Positions 57,712 through 64,000 of a DNA stretch of 64,000 nt are shown here, in pieces. Made by a program: the position numbers and the translations under genes. The notes beneath the pieces are model-generated. The model was not told where the DNA came from, searched no databases, and saw only the letters and a list, made by a program, of their open reading frames with translations. The stretch is from the human T2T-CHM13v2.0 reference genome, Homo sapiens, in assembly GCF_009914755.1 (NCBI RefSeq), contig NC_060934.1, one strand, 5' to 3'. The first letter of the stretch is position 1, and every line of letters starts with the position of its first letter.

Positions 57712-60102
57712 AGGGATTCTTAAAAAGAGCAAACGTCCCTCTTATATCCCTCTTTGGAACCGTGGGGATGCATGCTAAGTGCTAACTCTGCCAAGACAGA
57801 GATGTGTACAGCCTGTGAATCTTGAACGATTACCTAAATAAAATGTTGATGTGGATTTGAAAAACACAATGTTTCAGGTCAAAGGATCAGATCCGAGAGG
57901 AAGCAATTATAACAAAGAAAAAGATCCCACTTCTTGTGTGTAAGTGTGCTTAGAAGCTAAGAAGAAAACACATTCTGGATGAAAATGTTTTCTGAGATAT
58001 TCTCTCAAGTAAAGATTGGTCCTTGCTTGAAGTAAAAATTGAAATGGAAAGAAAAACATATTCAGGGAGACAAAAAGCTTACAACAGAGTTTTGGAAAAA
58101 GGTCTTTTTAGACTAATGCAGTTTTGGAATTGTTTTTTGGAAATTGTCTTTTAACTCTTTGATCTGAACTTGTGCTTAAAATTTTGCAGAATAAAGAATC
58201 TTTTTGGTGTCGGCTGCATAGCGTCCTATTAAGAATTCAGCATTTATCTTATCAAGAGATATAATATTTGATCTAATAGAATAGAAACATTAATTTTCTT
58301 TTTATGTTTCTTCAAACTGAGAGAATCTGAATTCAATATGAAAAGCAAACTATGATGTTCATCCTTCAAGGGGGCAGCCAGCTTGTTTAGCAATGGTATC
58401 TCAAATCAGGATGAAGTTATAGTCATAGGACCAGGGATAAATCCTCCACCCTTTGTTTCAGAAATTTATAACACCCTAGAAATCAGGTATGTTTGAGCTG
58501 TTCAGTTTCCATTTCTAATGGATTTTAAAAATTCCACTGAAGTTCTCCCACATACTAGATTTCTCAATATATGTTTCTTGTTAGATGTACCCAGTATGTT
58601 TTAGCTTTTGCTTGTTAAAGTTATTTACATGGCTTAAGGTCAAATGGTATTGTTTCACATTTTGCTCAACGGAAATGTCACGAGACTCCTTTGTTTTTAT
58701 AGGAAAGGATCAGTTTCAATGAGGTGGTAGAGAACTTCACTTCTAATGTGTCTGTTCAGCAATACATTCACCAGACATGCAAATCTCCTGGAGAAACTAT
58801 AAAACCATGAGCTCTGTAGTCTGGAGGTTCGATGTGGTGGTTCCTGATCAGAGCCGGGCTGGTTCTCACATTGTCATGCTAGCACACCAGCAAGGGAGAA
58901 GGTCAGGAGTAGCATTCTTTCCAAAAGAGGCAATGGAGCAGTGGCGTTGCTTGCTTGAGGATTATGTAAGAAATTGAGATGTCTAGGGGTCATTGATGGT
59001 AACCAGAGGAGAAAATGGAACTGAACAGGCTGCTTCCACTTAGCGAGGCTCCTCTAGGAGATGATTTACAAGTCTCAGAGTCCAGCTCTGGTTGAGCTCA
59101 GTTTTACGGAGTTGGAGAAAAGCTGTAAAATAAGCTTAAATCAGCCCATCCAGCATTTGAAAGGGCAAAAAAGAAAAGGTGGCAGGCAGGGAGAAAAGGG
59201 GAGGCGGGAGAAGGAGGAGTGGTTCCAAAATCTGCTTAATTTCTTCCTTTCCTCTTTGTCTTTGTTCCCTTGGCTCTCATCTCTTACACTAAGTCTGCAA
59301 GTAGAGCAAGAGCGGGTGAATGGCCAAAATGGTAGCCATCTCTGCTGTTCTGGTTTTAAAGCCGCTAGACTTAGGCGGCCATTTTCCCTTGGATCATGGA
59401 TGTCCAAAGTCATATTCTATTAGCTCAGCAGCACATGCATAACAATAACCATGAACCCAGAAATGTGCTGTGGAATTTTCTCCAGCTCTCTTAACGAGCT
59501 TTGCAAAGTTCCTCTGTCAAGGAGAGTGGGGAATGCGTAATTTCAAACACATTTTTAATAGTTTCTCTTGGCTCCCTCTGAAGAAGAGGGAGGCATGCTG
59601 ACGCGGCTCTCGGAGAGGCAGCAACTTTACAAGAGTAATGTTAAACGAATCACCCAGTGCTGGTCGCCCTTGGAAAGCAATGGGGGAGCTGCCTGGGAAA
59701 CCACGGATTGTCAGACAAAACGCAGCACCAGAGTGTGATGTGTGGCTCTAGAAGTCAAACCCGTGTGACCTATGGCTGGAACAAATGAAGACAGGCAGCT
59801 TCAAAGCTCCCCCATCCAAAATATTCTCAGTTGCATCTGCTTTCCAGTCCTTTTTCCTCTTACAACAAAGCAGGATTTTGAAAACAGAAGAAAGAAGTAG
59901 CAAGCGCAGAAATGGTGGCAGGTGCCAGACCACCAAAAAGCATCAGTCAGGATGCCTGGCATTCTTGGCTCTCGGCTGTTGCAGCAGATAGATACCTAGT
60001 GTAGCCCAATGTCTTGGACGTGCCGACCAGGACTCAGGAAGCCTGGAGACCAGAAGAGAGGAGATGCATGACTCCTGGGCTTTTCTTGCTCAAGAACCTC
60101 CC

Positions 60103-60486
60103 ATATGAGTCCATTGTCACATTGGTATAAAGAACTGTCTGAGACTGGGCAATTTATAAAGAGAAGAGGTTTAATGGGTTCACAGTTCCATGGGCTATAC
60201 AGGAAGCATAGGTTGGGGGGCCTCAGGAAACTTACAATCATGGCTGAAGGGGAAGGGGAAGCCCACACGTCCTACATGGCTGGAGCAGGAGAGAGAGACG
60301 GGGTGGGTGGGCATGCTATACAGTTTAAACAAACAGATCTGGTGAGAACTCACTCATTATCACGAGAACTGCAAGGAGGAAGTCTGCCCCCATGATCCAA
60401 TCACCTCTCACCTGGCCCCTCCTCCAACACTGGGGATTACAATTCAACCTGAGATTTGGGTGGGGACACAAATCCAAATCATGTCA
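60103..60486 (-). mobile_element. MaLR LTR MSTA-like
   Basis: gagactgggcaatttataaag...gcctcaggaaacttacaatcatggc...gggacacaaatccaaatcatgtca. Confidence 0.9.
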
Positions 60487-62479
60487 CCCCCCCAAAAAAA
60501 AACTGACAAAAATACCTTATACTCAAGACAAAAACAATCATGGGAAATGAAAACTCTATACTTTCCTACCTCTCTCCATTTCCAACCAGCATTTATAAGT
60601 AATTGGCCATGTTTTCTTAACTGAAAGTTAGAACTCACCATTTGAGAGCCAGTCACAATATTCAAAATTGAGACTATTTTGAAAAATCCCCTGTGACTAT
60701 AGTCACTGTAATAATATAGGTTTAATTCACTGAATCTACTGAAGTTATTATAATTTTCAAGTTAAGAAATGCCACCTTTATTGAAAAAAATTATATTTTT
60801 TATCTGCTAACTGTTCATTAAAAAAGTGATTTCCTCATGTTCAATTTCAATGTATTATCTATTTGTAAGGAAGATAGGAGTTAGGGAGTGGGGCTTACTG
60901 AAGCAGGAGGCTAGAAACGGTGCTAAGGTTCATCTGTTCCCAGCCCGTTGTCAGAGAAAATAATGGCCTCAAAGAAATGACAAAATCTGCAGCTGGGAAA
61001 CCCAGGGCCCCACTGCCAAGTACAGTGTTAGTTCCACTACATTCTGCAGCCTGTTGTCTATCTGCTTCATCTGGACCAGTTCTGCCATGAGGGGTTACTG
61101 GCCATCAACCCTTCCCTCTCCTTGAGTTTCCAGTGGAAGACAATAGGCTGCTTCTTTTACTCCCAAACCATCAGTAGCATTGCAGCCCAAGTGGGATCCT
61201 TGGGAAGGAAAATGCTAAGTGGAGTCTGGCTTCGGTACAAGTAGGCTAATCATGGCAAATGACTGGTTGGAGCTCTGAGAAAGACATGAGCTCTGGGCAG
61301 AACTGTTTTCCTCCCCCAAGGCCCAAGTTTGTCGTCCCAGTCTCCTTTGGGTCATCTCTTTCTTCCCTGACAAAAACATCTGGTTGTTTCAAAACTGAAA
61401 TTTTCATGCATTTCAACTCATGCAGGAATGTTGAAAAGCTGTTCTGAAAAATAGAGCTGCTCCCCGTGCCAAACCAGTTGGGCTGGAATGAACAACTGTT
61501 GTTATAAATCTCCGCTCCTGCCTTCTTCAACAGCCCCAGAAGGTTCAAAATAGAATGTTTCATGAGACCAGCCAGACGGATTGAATCAGACCTGCCCAGA
61601 AGAGCGCTGTGCCTTAAGAGTATGGAAACACCCCTTTCTCTCCTCCCTCCTCCCACTCTTTTTCTTTCAGACAATTTCTGGGACTGCTGACGAGAGGAGG
61701 GCATGTCAGGGTTCTCTGTGTTCATAACAAATTCTTTTGTGTCTTTAAGTGGAAAAATATTTTATGACACGGCAGAGCAATTTCTTGTTCTATGAGTGAT
61801 TCACAAAGAAAACTCAGCGACCTAATGATGTGTGTTCTTGCCAAAGCCAAGGGAGGGAAAGGGATTAAAAAAAAATTACCCAGAATCAAAAGGCTGAGAC
61901 GAACTTTGGAAGTCACTTAAGATGCCAGGCCACCTTGCCCCTTGAGAACTCCCAGCAGTGGACCTTCCTCAACCACTGCCCATTACTTCAAACCCATTAT
62001 TCAGTTTTCCTTGTCCAGAGTGAAACACCCACCTCAACATTCCATGCACAAAACATCTTGTCCGCTTGGACTTTGTTTTCATGTTTTATTCACTAGTCAT
62101 TATTTCCCAGGAATGTGCATTCTCATCAAGCTTGTCTGTTGTAGCTTTCTGTTCTATAGATAATTAAGTGCTATAATTTCTGTCTGCAATGTATCTGTCT
62201 GCAGATGACTTTGATTTTGCCACCACAGAGAGCTCATGCTTTGCAAGGCAGCCCATATCATTCATTGTTAGACAGCTGTAACTGCAAGGAAGGCCATTCT
62301 CTCATTGAACGAGTCTGTCTCCCTGCCTCTCCTGAAGAAGGAAGAATTCTTCTGCAACAACTTCTTCCTCTTCATAAGACAGTCCTTTAAATATATGTAG
62401 AGAACACTCCCATTTCGTCAAACAATTATCCCAAGCTGCTCATCCATTTTTTCAGTCATTTCTCATATTTTTCAGAACA

Positions 62480-63400
62480 TATCCTGTTCAGTCTTCTTCC
62501 TGTGCATTCATTCTAGTTATTCTGAATCCTCCCATCTTCTTCATAGGAGTCTATGCCAAACTGAGTATCCTCCATTCTGTTTTTCTGTGATTTATTTTTG
62601 GAGAGCAAATATAAGACTTTACATCTCTTCTCCGTTGAGATTCATTCCATCAGTTTCAGCTGGTGTATGAGAATGTTGACAGCATTTTGAATTCTGACTC
62701 TGTATTCTATAGTCCTGGCTATCTGTCTTGAATTTTTTTACTTGCATTGTTGACACAGTGGGCCCTCCCCTCTGCAGATTTTATATCCTTATATTCAACC
62801 GACCGTGGATGGAAAATATTTGAAAAAAAAAGCAGTAAAAAATAACCATTCAACAATAAAAATAATACAAACAGAAAAACAATACAGCATGATAACTATT
62901 TACATGGCATTTCCATTGTATTAGGTTTCATAAGTAATCTACAGATGATTTAAAGTATACGGAAGGGTGTGCATAGGTTATGTGCAAATACTATGTCATT
63001 TTTTATCAGGGACTTGAGCATCCTCAGATTTGGGTATGGAAGGGTCCTGGAACCAGTCCCTTGTGGTTATTTGTTGTCTTTATAAAATGTATTTTGTGTC
63101 TTCATAGAAGTCACTGATGAAAAAGTTGAAGTTTTAGAAACTATTCCCTGGATGGTACCAGGCCACAAATCAGTCTTCAGATTCAATTGTTCCTCAATTT
63201 CAAATCCAGCCCCTATTTCACCATACTTTCTATAAAAAGATTGTTAAATATTTCATCACAGGTTTTGCTGAAATCATTGCCTAGTATGTCCACCACAATT
63301 TTCTCATCAACTTGGAGATGCTATCAAAAATGGGACTAAATCTAGCATAGAGAGACTTCCCTATAGGAAGCTATGGTGGCTGTGCCAGTAGAAGTGAACC
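62480..63400 (-). mobile_element. CR1/L3 LINE relic, split by MER2
   Basis: Reverse of about 63255-63293 translates VDILGNDFSKTCD, similar to the CR1 RT motif VDVIYLDFSKAFD; flanks are L3-like. Confidence 0.6.
62756..63070 (-). mobile_element. MER2 Tigger-family MITE
   Basis: caaccgaccgtggatggaaaatattt...gatttaaagtatacgg...gggacttgagcatcc...ggtcctggaaccagtccc. Confidence 0.88.
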
Positions 63401-63464
63401 CATTTGGTTAGCTGCCTTTGTTGCTGGCATCTTCCTCGGCTTCCCTTTGGCCCCCACACCCTGC

Positions 63465-63797
<333 letters not shown>

Positions 63798-64000
63798 TGA
63801 CCATCAAAGAATTTACCTAATTCCTTTCCGGTATGACACCTCCCTTTAATGGTAGCTCTCTGTGCCTTAACCCAAAAGAATGAGTAAAGGGAATTTGTGG
63901 TAACTCTGGTTCTTGGTGTCATCACATTGCCTGGGAGGCTCCTATTTTGTGGAATTGACTCTTCTCTTCACATTAAACATTGTTTGTGCCTCTGTACTCT

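Noticed and set aside
61246-61725. 159-aa minus-strand ORF in unique DNA
   Set aside because: No recognisable domain, low-complexity purine stretch and no supporting gene structure; compatible with chance

Overview
Primate (almost certainly human) intergenic or deep-intronic DNA, dominated by interspersed repeats. It holds about 25 Alus, a full-length but dead L1PA7-like LINE-1 (27473-33882) nested inside an older L1PA16-like 3' fragment, and many old L1M pieces. It also carries MaLR/ERVL LTRs (MLT1, MST, THE1, MLT2), DNA-transposon MITEs (Tigger4a, MER82-like, MER53, MER5A, MER2), and L2 and CR1/L3 relics. I recognise no host protein-coding gene. Nearly all track ORFs are Alu, L1, LTR or microsatellite read-throughs. 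I found no evidence of a new multi-gene system. The most interesting items are: (1) a TSD-flanked, tail-less retrocopy of the 5' half of tRNA-Gly(TCC); (2) several locally templated insertions or fold-back scars; (3) a ~260-bp dispersed duplication whose only long invariant core looks like a splice acceptor; and (4) a few candidate exon and regulatory islands in unique DNA. Repeat subfamily calls come from recalled consensus sequences, not a RepeatMasker run. Boundaries of old elements are approximate.
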